This document shows positions 1 to 8,980 of a DNA stretch of 64,000 nucleotides, piece after piece (positions within the stretch are counted from its first letter, which is position 1; every line of letters begins with the position of its first letter). Source of the stretch: a virus (Duplodnaviria > Caudoviricetes); IMG/VR virus record IMGVR_UViG_3300028610_002065, positions 1 to 64,000 of that record. The stretch is one strand, 5' to 3'. Position numbers and translations under genes: made by a program. Below the pieces are notes generated by a model. That model saw only the letters and a program-made list of their open reading frames with translations, did no database searches and was not told where the DNA came from.

Positions 1-424
1 AGTAAAATTCTTTGAATTTAATAAAACCCCAATTCTTGATATTATGCATAGTTGGGTTAAAATGATAAGAGATTATAGAACAGGAGCTACTGATTTTAGT
101 ATAGAAGATGGAGAAAGTGGTGAAGGATATACTAAGTCAACGTATGCTGGTTTATTATACTACTGGACTACAGCTCCAGACGGAGTAACAGTAGAGTATT
201 ACGCATGTTACGATGGAGTATTTCCATCTAAAGACCCACAAGACTTATATACAAGTGATGTAGAAACTGTTGGTAGACTTGATGTGGAAATTGAATTTAA
301 CGTCGATTATGCATGGCATGAACAATGGGTGCACGAAAAATGCCAAGGTTTTGCTAATGGTATATTTAAGGCAGCAAAGAAAACCGTTATAGATTATGGA
401 GACAAAGTTAAAGGAAGTGCATAA
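1..424 (+). CDS. Tail tube protein, T4 gp19-like (5' partial)
   Basis: Frame is open from position 2 (VKFFEFNKTPILDIMHSWVKMIRDYRTG). The F-x-E...W...D..TG and terminal EIEFNVDY pattern fits gp19-type tube proteins; tail/baseplate context. Confidence 0.65.
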   Translation, partial: VKFFEFNKTPILDIMHSWVKMIRDYRTGATDFSIEDGESGEGYTKSTYAGLLYYWTTAPDGVTVEYYACYDGVFPSKDPQDLYTSDVETVGRLDVEIEFNVDYAWHEQWVHEKCQGFANGIFKAAKKTVIDYGDKVKGSA

Positions 425-425
425 T

Positions 426-926
426 ATGAGAGAAAAAGATCTTAGAATACTTTCATTTTACTTAGTCCGTGAGTCTGATTTAAGCAAACCAGCTAAACTT
501 CAATTGCTTAATTATTTGAGAGATGCAAGCAATGCACAAGTTAAGCTGTTTATTGCTACTGGTGAAATAGGACAAATATCTGAAGCTGATGAATCAAAAT
601 TAGATGGAGCTATTTCAGAAGTTGCTCCTTTAGCAGCTGTAATTGCACAAGATTTAGTCTTTAATACAGCTCTTACTAAAGCAACACAAGTATATAGCTA
701 CTGGTTTGGACAGGCTGCTAAAGCATGTGCTGAAAAAGTTGGACCAGAGAAAAAGTTATGCAAGAAACGTTTCGTTCTTAGATCATATCATGAAAAGTTA
801 CGGGCGCTCAGAGCGGAAGCTCCCAAGTGTGCAGGTACTGATAAACCAGAAAAATGCCGAAAAAGATTTGTTGAGAAAATAAAACATATTGAAAGACAGA
901 TAACAAAAGTAAGAATTAAATATTAG
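426..926 (+). CDS. Putative virion protein, ESDLxKxAKLQL domain plus Cys-rich helical C-terminus
   Basis: N-terminus is paralogous to 938-1183; C-terminal Cys pattern is shared with 2634-3395. ATG at 426 follows the tube stop. Confidence 0.5.
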   Translation: MREKDLRILSFYLVRESDLSKPAKLQLLNYLRDASNAQVKLFIATGEIGQISEADESKLDGAISEVAPLAAVIAQDLVFNTALTKATQVYSYWFGQAAKACAEKVGPEKKLCKKRFVLRSYHEKLRALRAEAPKCAGTDKPEKCRKRFVEKIKHIERQITKVRIKY

Positions 927-937
927 GAGGTTTTACA

Positions 938-1183
938 ATGGACCAGTTAAGAGTAACAGCTGCCTATATAGTAAAAGAGTCAGATTTAACAAAAGCAGCT
1001 AAATTACAATTAATGAACTTCCTAGAAAATGAAGCTACTGATGCTCAAGTAATGGCTCTTATTCTAGATGGAAAAGTTCAAATATTAGATGAAATGGCAG
1101 AGGAAATTGTTTATGATAGATTTGATGCTGCTTTACTTGAGGGTAAAGTTAAAGAGATAATTGCATCTATGAAAAAAAAATAA
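938..1183 (+). CDS. Small putative virion protein (ESDLxKxAKLQL paralog)
   Basis: SD GGAGG upstream. LRVTAAYIVKESDLTKAAKLQLMNFL matches LRILSFYLVRESDLSKPAKLQLLNYL of the preceding ORF. Confidence 0.55.
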   Translation: MDQLRVTAAYIVKESDLTKAAKLQLMNFLENEATDAQVMALILDGKVQILDEMAEEIVYDRFDAALLEGKVKEIIASMKKK

Positions 1184-1210
1184 ATAGAACTGAAAGAAAG
1201 GAGATAGATC

Positions 1211-2002
1211 ATGACGTTCAAAAGTTTTAATATTAAGTATCCGGAGTATGAGGTTATCACACCTCAAACAAATTTGTCCTTCACTGTAAGGAGTTTGAAT
1301 GTTCAGGAAGAAGAAGCTTTAAAAGGAAGTCTTATAACACCTCAGAAAATTGCTGAGCATTTAAATAAATGTATTTTTGATTCAACGATCAAGAAACCAA
1401 AAACTATTAATACGTTAGATGAATTTCATAAAAATTTAACTTTAAAAGATCGAGATGCATTACTATATGGTCTCTATCATATCACATATGAAGATATTAG
1501 AAATTATGAAATAAAATGCACTTCATGTAACCATCAATTTCCAGTTACAGTTAAAGCATCTGAAACTTTCAACTTTAAACCCTACGAAGGAAAAAATGTT
1601 ATCAGGGAAAGAATTAGAGTTGCATTGCCTGCATCTCCAGGTGTGTTTGCATTAATAAAACAACCAACATTATTTGATGAGATTTCAAATATGAGAAGTT
1701 TAATGTCTAGACCTGGAAGCACACTTGAATTAATTACTGAAACTTTGATCATCGACTCTTTTGAGCAAGATATTGAAGAAAAAGCAGAAGCTGTTGTATA
1801 TAAAGAACGAATTGATGTTGTTGATGCTTATTTATCATTACCAGCAAAAGACAAAAGAAAAATATATGAACAATATACTGAATCATTTGGTAAGTATGGC
1901 ATTGAATTAAAAATGAAAAATTACTGTCCATCATGTGGGAATGAAGATATTTTTGATATTGATTTAGTCGAAAACTTTTTTCGCGCATTATATGCAGCCT
2001 GA
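1211..2002 (+). CDS. Baseplate hub assembly / tail assembly chaperone, T4 gp26-like
   Basis: YEVITP...FTVRSLNVQEE, LTLKDRDALLYGL, two CxxC pairs (CTSC, CPSC), ends ...ENFF; SD AAGGAG. Confidence 0.7.
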   Translation: MTFKSFNIKYPEYEVITPQTNLSFTVRSLNVQEEEALKGSLITPQKIAEHLNKCIFDSTIKKPKTINTLDEFHKNLTLKDRDALLYGLYHITYEDIRNYEIKCTSCNHQFPVTVKASETFNFKPYEGKNVIRERIRVALPASPGVFALIKQPTLFDEISNMRSLMSRPGSTLELITETLIIDSFEQDIEEKAEAVVYKERIDVVDAYLSLPAKDKRKIYEQYTESFGKYGIELKMKNYCPSCGNEDIFDIDLVENFFRALYAA

Positions 2003-2204
2003 TAGTATAGAGAAATACAGGAAATCTCTGGCTGCGGACGTTTTTACCTGCATGGAATTGAGTGGGCAATCGTTTAGCGATGTTGTTCAAATGCCTTTAC
2101 AAAAATTTTATGATTATATGAAATGGAAAACTAATTTAGAGGAAGAGAAACAAAGACGTATAGATGAGGAGACTAAAAAACACAGTGGCAAATCTTTTAG
2201 ATAG
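1992..2204 (+). CDS. gp51-like small hub assembly protein (possible frameshift extension of the gp26-like ORF)
   Basis: Helical SFSDVVQMP...FYDYMKWK.NLEEEK pattern like cyanophage gp51; overlaps the upstream ORF; no SD. Confidence 0.5.
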   Translation: MQPDSIEKYRKSLAADVFTCMELSGQSFSDVVQMPLQKFYDYMKWKTNLEEEKQRRIDEETKKHSGKSFR

Positions 2205-2637
2205 ATTCAATAAAACTGTTGTTGGTGCCGATGATAAAGATGCTGATTATCAGTCTAAAATTGTGTTGTCCGGTGATTTTAAAAGGGTGACAGATATTGA
2301 AGTTATTTTATCTTCATGGACTAACATCTTAGTAACTCCAAAGAGAACTTATCAGTACGATCCCGAATATGGTAGTAATTTATATAAACTCGTTTTTGAT
2401 CCTGCAGATGAATCAACGGAAGAAGCAATTATACAAGAAGTAATTGAAACCTTACGAATATATGATGCAAGAGCAACAATTCGAGAAGTGACTGTGACAT
2501 TTATACCCAGTAGAAAAGGATTCAATGTAATAATTGATGTTGATTACAAAGGAGATAATACACAACTTCAGGTTATAATTGATGAAAATGTATATTTTAA
2601 ATTTTTAGAAGTTCCAGAGTTTGAGGTTGCAACATGA
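2164..2637 (+). CDS. Baseplate wedge protein, gp25-like
   Basis: NILVTPKRTYQYDPEYGSNLYKLVFDP...YDARATI is the GPW/gp25 signature. Confidence 0.85.
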   Translation: MRRLKNTVANLLDRFNKTVVGADDKDADYQSKIVLSGDFKRVTDIEVILSSWTNILVTPKRTYQYDPEYGSNLYKLVFDPADESTEEAIIQEVIETLRIYDARATIREVTVTFIPSRKGFNVIIDVDYKGDNTQLQVIIDENVYFKFLEVPEFEVAT

Positions 2638-3395
2638 TAGATTATGATAGACAACTAATTACAGAGATTGGAAAAGAGATTCTCGCTGATGTTATTTTAG
2701 ATGATGAAAATCTTAAAGAAGGTCTTACATTCATTGAACATGTTAACTTATATTATGAAGTTGAAAATTTAGATTACGAAGGTGTTGTAACATTATTATT
2801 TGAGGATGTAACAGAATTTGAAAGTAAATTTGGAAAGTTTTTGAAGTATGGTTTTGCTGCGATTGCTGGAGCGGCATTGGGTTTAAAGGCAAAAGGTTTA
2901 AAAGCTGGAGTGTTAGCAGGGCCGCCTTTAGGTATGTTCAGTCTTTATATTTTTAGAAAGTTAAGAGACCCATGCGAGAGGCAATGTTTTAGAAAATTGC
3001 CGTTATCTACAAAGAGATCGATCTGCAAAGCTGAATGTCATGTTAACGCAGCAAGGAAAGTCGTTCAGGATTTAAGAACGGAACTTGCAAAATGTAGACA
3101 ATTTCTTAATCCGAGAAAATGTGAAAAGAAATTATATAAAGAATATGATAAATGGACTAAAAGGATGCAGAAAGCTCTTGTTAAGTTAAGAGCAATAAGA
3201 GTTGGTCAAGTTGAAAAGGTTAGAAAAACAAGAGGTAAAGAATTAGCAAAAAGAGCAAGAATGCTAGCTGCTGGAATACAATATGATGTTGGAAAAGATG
3301 AACTGATTAGAATCATTTCTGAAAATGAACAGCTACGAAAAACCCTTTCATTTGAAAAGCATTTAATTCTTTATAATGAGGCAATGAAATTATAA
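2634..3395 (+). CDS. Putative virion protein with Cys-rich helical domain
   Basis: Acidic N-terminus, Gly/Ala hydrophobic segment, C...C...KC-x8-C motif shared with 426-926. Confidence 0.45.
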   Translation: MIDYDRQLITEIGKEILADVILDDENLKEGLTFIEHVNLYYEVENLDYEGVVTLLFEDVTEFESKFGKFLKYGFAAIAGAALGLKAKGLKAGVLAGPPLGMFSLYIFRKLRDPCERQCFRKLPLSTKRSICKAECHVNAARKVVQDLRTELAKCRQFLNPRKCEKKLYKEYDKWTKRMQKALVKLRAIRVGQVEKVRKTRGKELAKRARMLAAGIQYDVGKDELIRIISENEQLRKTLSFEKHLILYNEAMKL

Positions 3396-4054
3396 TGTCA
3401 ATGCAAAAATATATCAGATTATATGAGTATGTGCATGAGTATCAAAACCTTCTGTACGACTTTTACGCTGATAGTATGGTGAGATTTCTTGTTACGTATT
3501 ACAATATAAACACTGAAGAAACTGTTTGGGAAGACACGGATGTGTTTGGTGGACCATATGAATGGACAGGAAATTTATCTGGTATAAAACGAAATAAAAT
3601 TTTAGTTTTTCCAGTTTATTTTACAGAAGAAATCACAACTGCATTTGATGGTGGGGAGGAAGGTTACAATAAAGACAATGAAACAACTTTTGTATTTCCA
3701 AGCACATATGGTTTTACTCCATTTCCACAAGATATAATAAAATTAGAGCAAGAATATTTAAGACCGACTAATGATGTATATCCAATATTCGTTGTTAAAG
3801 GAGTTGAGATTTCAGCCAATACAGATAAGAGATATTGGAAATTAAAAGTTGAAGTTTTTCAAAGCGAGACTTTACAGTCAGTTGATGATCAAGTAGTTGA
3901 TACTTTTGCTTATGTTGAATATGATAAGCAAATTCATACAATTGACGATGCTGAATTTATGGCAAGACTATTAGTAAAAGATGAGCATTTAAGGGAATCC
4001 CTTAATGGCGATCTGTTTGATTCCAGATCAGGTTTTTATTTTATACCAAGATAA
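3395..4054 (+). CDS. Putative neck/head-completion protein (gp14-like?)
   Basis: Beta-rich, VTYYNIN...GGPYE...YWKLKV; structural operon context only. Confidence 0.35.
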   Translation: MSMQKYIRLYEYVHEYQNLLYDFYADSMVRFLVTYYNINTEETVWEDTDVFGGPYEWTGNLSGIKRNKILVFPVYFTEEITTAFDGGEEGYNKDNETTFVFPSTYGFTPFPQDIIKLEQEYLRPTNDVYPIFVVKGVEISANTDKRYWKLKVEVFQSETLQSVDDQVVDTFAYVEYDKQIHTIDDAEFMARLLVKDEHLRESLNGDLFDSRSGFYFIPR

Positions 4055-4080
4055 CCAGCTACATGCTAAGGAGATAGAGG

Positions 4081-6573
4081 ATGGCAGAAGACACACTTTC
4101 TAGTCAAATATATTTATCTAGAGACACAACGAGAGTACAAATTAGCGACAGAGCTAAAGTATATTTAGAACTTCAAAATGTAGATCTTACGAAATCATCA
4201 TTTTTAAGTTTTATGATTGATACTTTATCTACTCTAACAAGCAACCTTTTATTTTATCAGTTATCGTCATATCGGGAATTCTTTTTAGTTAGAGCTCAAC
4301 TTCCAGAATCTATTTTAAATTTATCTTCGTTCCTTGGATATAATACGTTAGAAGCAACTCCTGCTGACGTTAATGTTCTTATGACAATTCCATTTGGTTT
4401 TGACGATCCAATTGCTCAATTTCAAATAAAAGAAGGATTTGAATTTCAAGCTGATGGCTCAATAACTTTTAGAACTACAGCCGAATTTTTTATTGAAGTA
4501 TTAAATAATGCAACTGCTACGGTTACAATGGTTGAAGATAATAGACGTTTTAATCTTCCTGTTTCTGAAGCACCTACAAACTTTTCTTTCGTTTTACCAC
4601 TAAAACAAATTAAAGAGGTTATACAAGAAACACAAATAGACTCTGACTTACAAGAATATCAATTTACAACAATTGATATTCCGATAACTGGTCAAGTTGC
4701 TGAATTAGAAGTTAGAATTAGAGAACCTGGCGGTGCTTCATTTACTACATGGACAGAGTTTAATAGTCTATTTTTAATGGACGAAACTGATAAAGGTTAT
4801 GTTTCGAGAAGAACAGATACAGGTCGTAGACTAAGCTTTGGTAATGGTTTGATTGGAATTCAACCGACGCCTGGCTCAACTGTTATTACAACTACGGCTG
4901 TAACCGAAGGAAGTGAAGGTAATGTTATTGCTGGAACAATAAGAACTGGAGCAAGAATTTATCTTACTACTTTAGGTGGAATTACTCAAATTGTTAATTA
5001 TGATGTTATTAATACTTCTCCTGCTTTTAATGGTGATGATGAAGAATCATTAGAAGAAATTAGAAGAAATGCAATAGCATCAATTAGATCATTAGAAAGA
5101 CTTGTGACTGAACAGGATTATAAAGATATTAATGTAATTGTTTCAGATGCTCCAATTGCACAAAACTCATTGCCCGTTTTAAAAAGATCAGATTTACAAG
5201 TTAATGAAATAGCTTTATTTAGCGGTATTCTATTTGGTTCTGCTACAGAAGAAGTTGATCAATTAGTTCCAATGAGAAATGCTGTATTTACAGAACCAGG
5301 CGGAACGACAACAATTCCAAGAGATACTATTATCACAATTGGTGATTTTGATTATAGGACTATTTTTGAACTACAACTAGTTCAACTAAACTCAATAGGA
5401 AATTATGAGTATATTATATTTGAAGTTGAGATCTTACCTGCTTTAGAAACTAGTTTTCCTATTGATTATAATATTTATTCTGATCTTCTTGAAGTTATTA
5501 GGAACGGAACAGAAGGAATATTTAAACTCCATTATAAATCAACAGAATCAGATTCAGATTTAACTTCATGTAAAATGGTAATTACATCTAGCGGTTCTAG
5601 TAAGGATATGACAACTGATTCAACTGCAGGATATTATATTTTTACGTTTGATCCATATACTGATATTCCTACTGGGGAACAAACATTTGAATTTACAATC
5701 TATGATCCAAGTAATAATCCAGTTGCAGTTTACTCAAATAAGGTTACGTTTAGAGATGATTTAAGAAACTTTATGAGATCAAATGCCAAGTGGGCAGATA
5801 GTACTGCTATAACGGTATATGATGTTCCTGTAATATTAGATTCGTATTATCAAGAGATTGATCAAAGAGCATTTGAGTCTCAGATAATGCAAACTTTAAT
5901 TAGTTCATTAGATTTATCTAATGCTAGAATGCTTACAGATTTTACAAATATCAAGTTTACAAATACACATGGTGAACTTCAAAATATGCTGTTGAATGAA
6001 CCGACAGTTTCCTCAGTTGTTAGTATCTTAGAAACTGAACCAACGTCATGTGATGTTGATGATAGGTTTATTATTATTGGAGATTGTAACCAACCTCCGG
6101 AAGCTACCCAAGATAATATTATTAGATGTGTTGATTCCACAGGTCCAGTATTTACGTATGAAGAAGCTGTTGCTGATTCAATTGTTTATATAGAAAATTT
6201 AGATGCTAAATATATATTCTCTGAAAGGGGTTGGATTCCGCTTCCAATTTATAATATTCCTATAACAATTGAAGTTGAGATATTTAGAGAGCAGACATAT
6301 AGTGGAACTCTTACAACAATAATACAAGATGTTCGAGAATCTTTATTTGAAAGTTTCAGGGATAGGTTCGGTACAAATGCGCAGTTCTATCGGTCTGAGA
6401 TTATTGATGTTGTGCAGGATGTTGATGGGGTAGATCATTGTAGATTAAGACAACCTGAAACAAGTATTTTCTTTAACTTTGAGTTAATAGATTTAACAGA
6501 AGAAGAACTTTTGAGATATGGTCCAGAGTATATATTCTTTAGAGAGGAAGACATTACAGTTAGGGTGATATAA
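4081..6573 (+). CDS. Baseplate wedge subunit, T4 gp6/BplJ-like
   Basis: RAQLPESILNLSSFLGY, LSFGNGLIGIQP, GDDEESLEEIRRNA, RLVTEQDY, C-terminal YRSEIIDVVQDVDGVDH. Confidence 0.85.
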   Translation: MAEDTLSSQIYLSRDTTRVQISDRAKVYLELQNVDLTKSSFLSFMIDTLSTLTSNLLFYQLSSYREFFLVRAQLPESILNLSSFLGYNTLEATPADVNVLMTIPFGFDDPIAQFQIKEGFEFQADGSITFRTTAEFFIEVLNNATATVTMVEDNRRFNLPVSEAPTNFSFVLPLKQIKEVIQETQIDSDLQEYQFTTIDIPITGQVAELEVRIREPGGASFTTWTEFNSLFLMDETDKGYVSRRTDTGRRLSFGNGLIGIQPTPGSTVITTTAVTEGSEGNVIAGTIRTGARIYLTTLGGITQIVNYDVINTSPAFNGDDEESLEEIRRNAIASIRSLERLVTEQDYKDINVIVSDAPIAQNSLPVLKRSDLQVNEIALFSGILFGSATEEVDQLVPMRNAVFTEPGGTTTIPRDTIITIGDFDYRTIFELQLVQLNSIGNYEYIIFEVEILPALETSFPIDYNIYSDLLEVIRNGTEGIFKLHYKSTESDSDLTSCKMVITSSGSSKDMTTDSTAGYYIFTFDPYTDIPTGEQTFEFTIYDPSNNPVAVYSNKVTFRDDLRNFMRSNAKWADSTAITVYDVPVILDSYYQEIDQRAFESQIMQTLISSLDLSNARMLTDFTNIKFTNTHGELQNMLLNEPTVSSVVSILETEPTSCDVDDRFIIIGDCNQPPEATQDNIIRCVDSTGPVFTYEEAVADSIVYIENLDAKYIFSERGWIPLPIYNIPITIEVEIFREQTYSGTLTTIIQDVRESLFESFRDRFGTNAQFYRSEIIDVVQDVDGVDHCRLRQPETSIFFNFELIDLTEEELLRYGPEYIFFREEDITVRVI

Positions 6574-6575
6574 AT

Positions 6576-7691
6576 ATGCAAGAACTTCTTAGTAAATTAA
6601 ACATGAATGAAGCAAGAGTTAAAAAACTTGTAGTTAATATCGTTTCGTCAAATTTGAGTTCGCTTGCAATCCCTTGTTTTTATCCTGAACTGAAAAAACA
6701 TCTTTATGAGTTTCTTAAATTTAGCGGTATAACTGAAAAAGATATAAAGGAATATACTAAAAGAAGGTGGAAAGGAAGAAAGGAATCTAAGTTCAGAGCA
6801 CAAAGTGATCCACTTGCTAATTTTTATGTTTTTCTTATTCAATATTTCTTAAGAAAAAGAGATAAGAATGCATATAAACATTTTATGATTTTTTATCTTA
6901 TTCGTCACTATGCAAATCTAATGAGAAAATATTTTAAATACTGTAATGATGAAACATTTAAATATGCATTAGAGATTTTAACTCGAACTCATCTTTTTGC
7001 TAGAGAAAAAACAATCCCAAGTGCTTTATTTTATATGTCAGATGAAATGATTAGACGTTATACTATAGCACTTCAGAAGGATGACCTCGATGGTATTTCC
7101 AAATTTATGCAAGAGAGTAGAAATAGAGTTGAGCAAAGTATTCGAAGTTTTGCATCAACGTATTATAAAACTGCTGAATCTGGAGCTGGTTTAAAAACTG
7201 AAGAAATTCCTGATGAAGACGATTCAGAAAATGCATATAAAACTGTAACTAAAGAAACAGGTACAAGATTAATTGATGATATGGTTAGAAAGATTACTGT
7301 ATATAGATATATTGATCATAAAGGATTAGAGGAAGCTAGAAGATTAGCAAAGGTTAATGCGTCTCTTGCAACACAAATTGTTGGAAAATTAAACGATACA
7401 AAATATGTTGACAACTTAAGAGTTGTTTTAAGATTATTTGTTAAAGATTTAAAGGATGCAAAATCTCTGTGTGGTAATGAATACTATTCATTAGTTCGAA
7501 AGTTAATGTCTGTAAAGAGAACAAGATCACAAATTTACTTTAAACAACAAATTGGTTTATTAATTGTTGATGTTCTAGAAAAGATAGGATATAAAGAAAA
7601 GTATAATAATCTCACTTCACAAACCCAATTCCTAATTAATTTATTTCTCGCCTATTATGTAACTATGATATTACGAAATTCTGTATGTTAA
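6576..7691 (+). CDS. Putative RNAP promoter-specificity (sigma-like) subunit, AR9 gp226 / phiKZ gp68-like
   Basis: All-helical. CNDETFKYALEILT..HLFARE...ISKFMQESRNRVEQSIRSFASTYY resembles the conserved core of the fifth nvRNAP subunit (recalled pattern, not a computed alignment). Confidence 0.5.
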   Translation: MQELLSKLNMNEARVKKLVVNIVSSNLSSLAIPCFYPELKKHLYEFLKFSGITEKDIKEYTKRRWKGRKESKFRAQSDPLANFYVFLIQYFLRKRDKNAYKHFMIFYLIRHYANLMRKYFKYCNDETFKYALEILTRTHLFAREKTIPSALFYMSDEMIRRYTIALQKDDLDGISKFMQESRNRVEQSIRSFASTYYKTAESGAGLKTEEIPDEDDSENAYKTVTKETGTRLIDDMVRKITVYRYIDHKGLEEARRLAKVNASLATQIVGKLNDTKYVDNLRVVLRLFVKDLKDAKSLCGNEYYSLVRKLMSVKRTRSQIYFKQQIGLLIVDVLEKIGYKEKYNNLTSQTQFLINLFLAYYVTMILRNSVC

Positions 7692-7699
7692 ATTCATTA

Positions 7700-8968
7700 T
7701 TAAGCTGGTTCAAGATATATTCCATCCGCTGCTTCCAGTTCAAGTGCGGCTGCTTCCTCTTGTTGTGTTGTTGAAACTCGTTGTTCAATTACAGTTGTAG
7801 TTGTTTCTACTCCCTGAGGTAATCTAATAGATGCTGCAAGTTGTCTTTCAAATCTTGAAGTTTGTCTAGACGTTAAAGCTTTTTCTTTTTGAAGAGATGC
7901 GTTGGCATCTGTTCTTGTGTTATTTGCATTATTCATATTAGCTCTGGTATGAACAGGTCTTCCATTAGTTAATTCTCGAATATATCTTCTTACAGTTGGT
8001 CTATTATCAGCTGCTGGATCTCCTTCCTCAAGTAACATTGATGCATGTAGAGATACAAAATCTATACGTACATCACACATACTCATCATTTGATTATAAG
8101 CTATTTGCTGTTGATCCCCACCTTTAATAACAGTTATGTTAGTTATAACTGCTGGGTCTAATTCATATAATCCTTTGACCCTGATCTTGTGATAAAATGG
8201 CCATCTATATGATGCTCCATTTAAAGTTCTTGGAACTGCAAGACATAGTAATGCACATAATGGACCAGCTATATATTGAAGAGTTGAAGTTTTATTTCCA
8301 GGATTGGGATTGTATAATCTAATAGTTGCAGAATATGATGGAGAGTATCCACTATTAGACCATATCTGTGGAAAGTCAATTCTATGCCCAGCAAGCATTT
8401 TATTAATTAGACCCATACCCCCGCCTAAAGTTCTTCCAATAGTACTAGTACTACCTTCAAGATTTTCTTTCATTTTCCTTAATCCGGCTGCTCCTTTTAT
8501 GGCCATCTCTCCAGCACCTCTCACTATAGAACCCATACCGCCTTCCATTCCTTCTGCAGCTTGTTGTGCAATTTGTCCATAAGAGGTAACAGCTTTAAGA
8601 GCATCAGCCTGACCGGACATTTGAATTATTTGGCTTAAGCCACCAGATGCAACATCAGTAAATTTTTGTAAGAATGTCTCTGTGTATTCATTAGTAAATG
8701 TATCAGTTGGAAAGTTATCTGCAATGAAAGCAAATTTTAAAGGTTTGCCAATATCCTCTACTGAAAAACCATGGTTGCTTAATATTCTTGTGTATTCATC
8801 CCATCCCCTTAATGTGTTAATAGTAAACAATGTAAGTCCTAAACTAAAATTTGGTTCACCAGGAGTAATCTCTAACACAGGCATGGAGTTTGCTATCATT
8901 TCATGATTTACATGTGCTGGCGGCGGAAGCCCAAAAACTCCCATATATGGTTTTAAAGATAATGACAT
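7700..8968 (-). CDS. Tail tube initiator/cap, gp48/gp54-like
   Basis: FPQIWSNSGYSPSYSATIRL...PFYHKIRVKGL...VITNITVIKGG...CDVRIDF; follows the tape measure gene. Confidence 0.65.
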   Translation of the reverse strand: MSLSLKPYMGVFGLPPPAHVNHEMIANSMPVLEITPGEPNFSLGLTLFTINTLRGWDEYTRILSNHGFSVEDIGKPLKFAFIADNFPTDTFTNEYTETFLQKFTDVASGGLSQIIQMSGQADALKAVTSYGQIAQQAAEGMEGGMGSIVRGAGEMAIKGAAGLRKMKENLEGSTSTIGRTLGGGMGLINKMLAGHRIDFPQIWSNSGYSPSYSATIRLYNPNPGNKTSTLQYIAGPLCALLCLAVPRTLNGASYRWPFYHKIRVKGLYELDPAVITNITVIKGGDQQQIAYNQMMSMCDVRIDFVSLHASMLLEEGDPAADNRPTVRRYIRELTNGRPVHTRANMNNANNTRTDANASLQKEKALTSRQTSRFERQLAASIRLPQGVETTTTVIEQRVSTTQQEEAAALELEAADGIYLEPA

Positions 8969-8980
8969 ATAATCCTCCTA

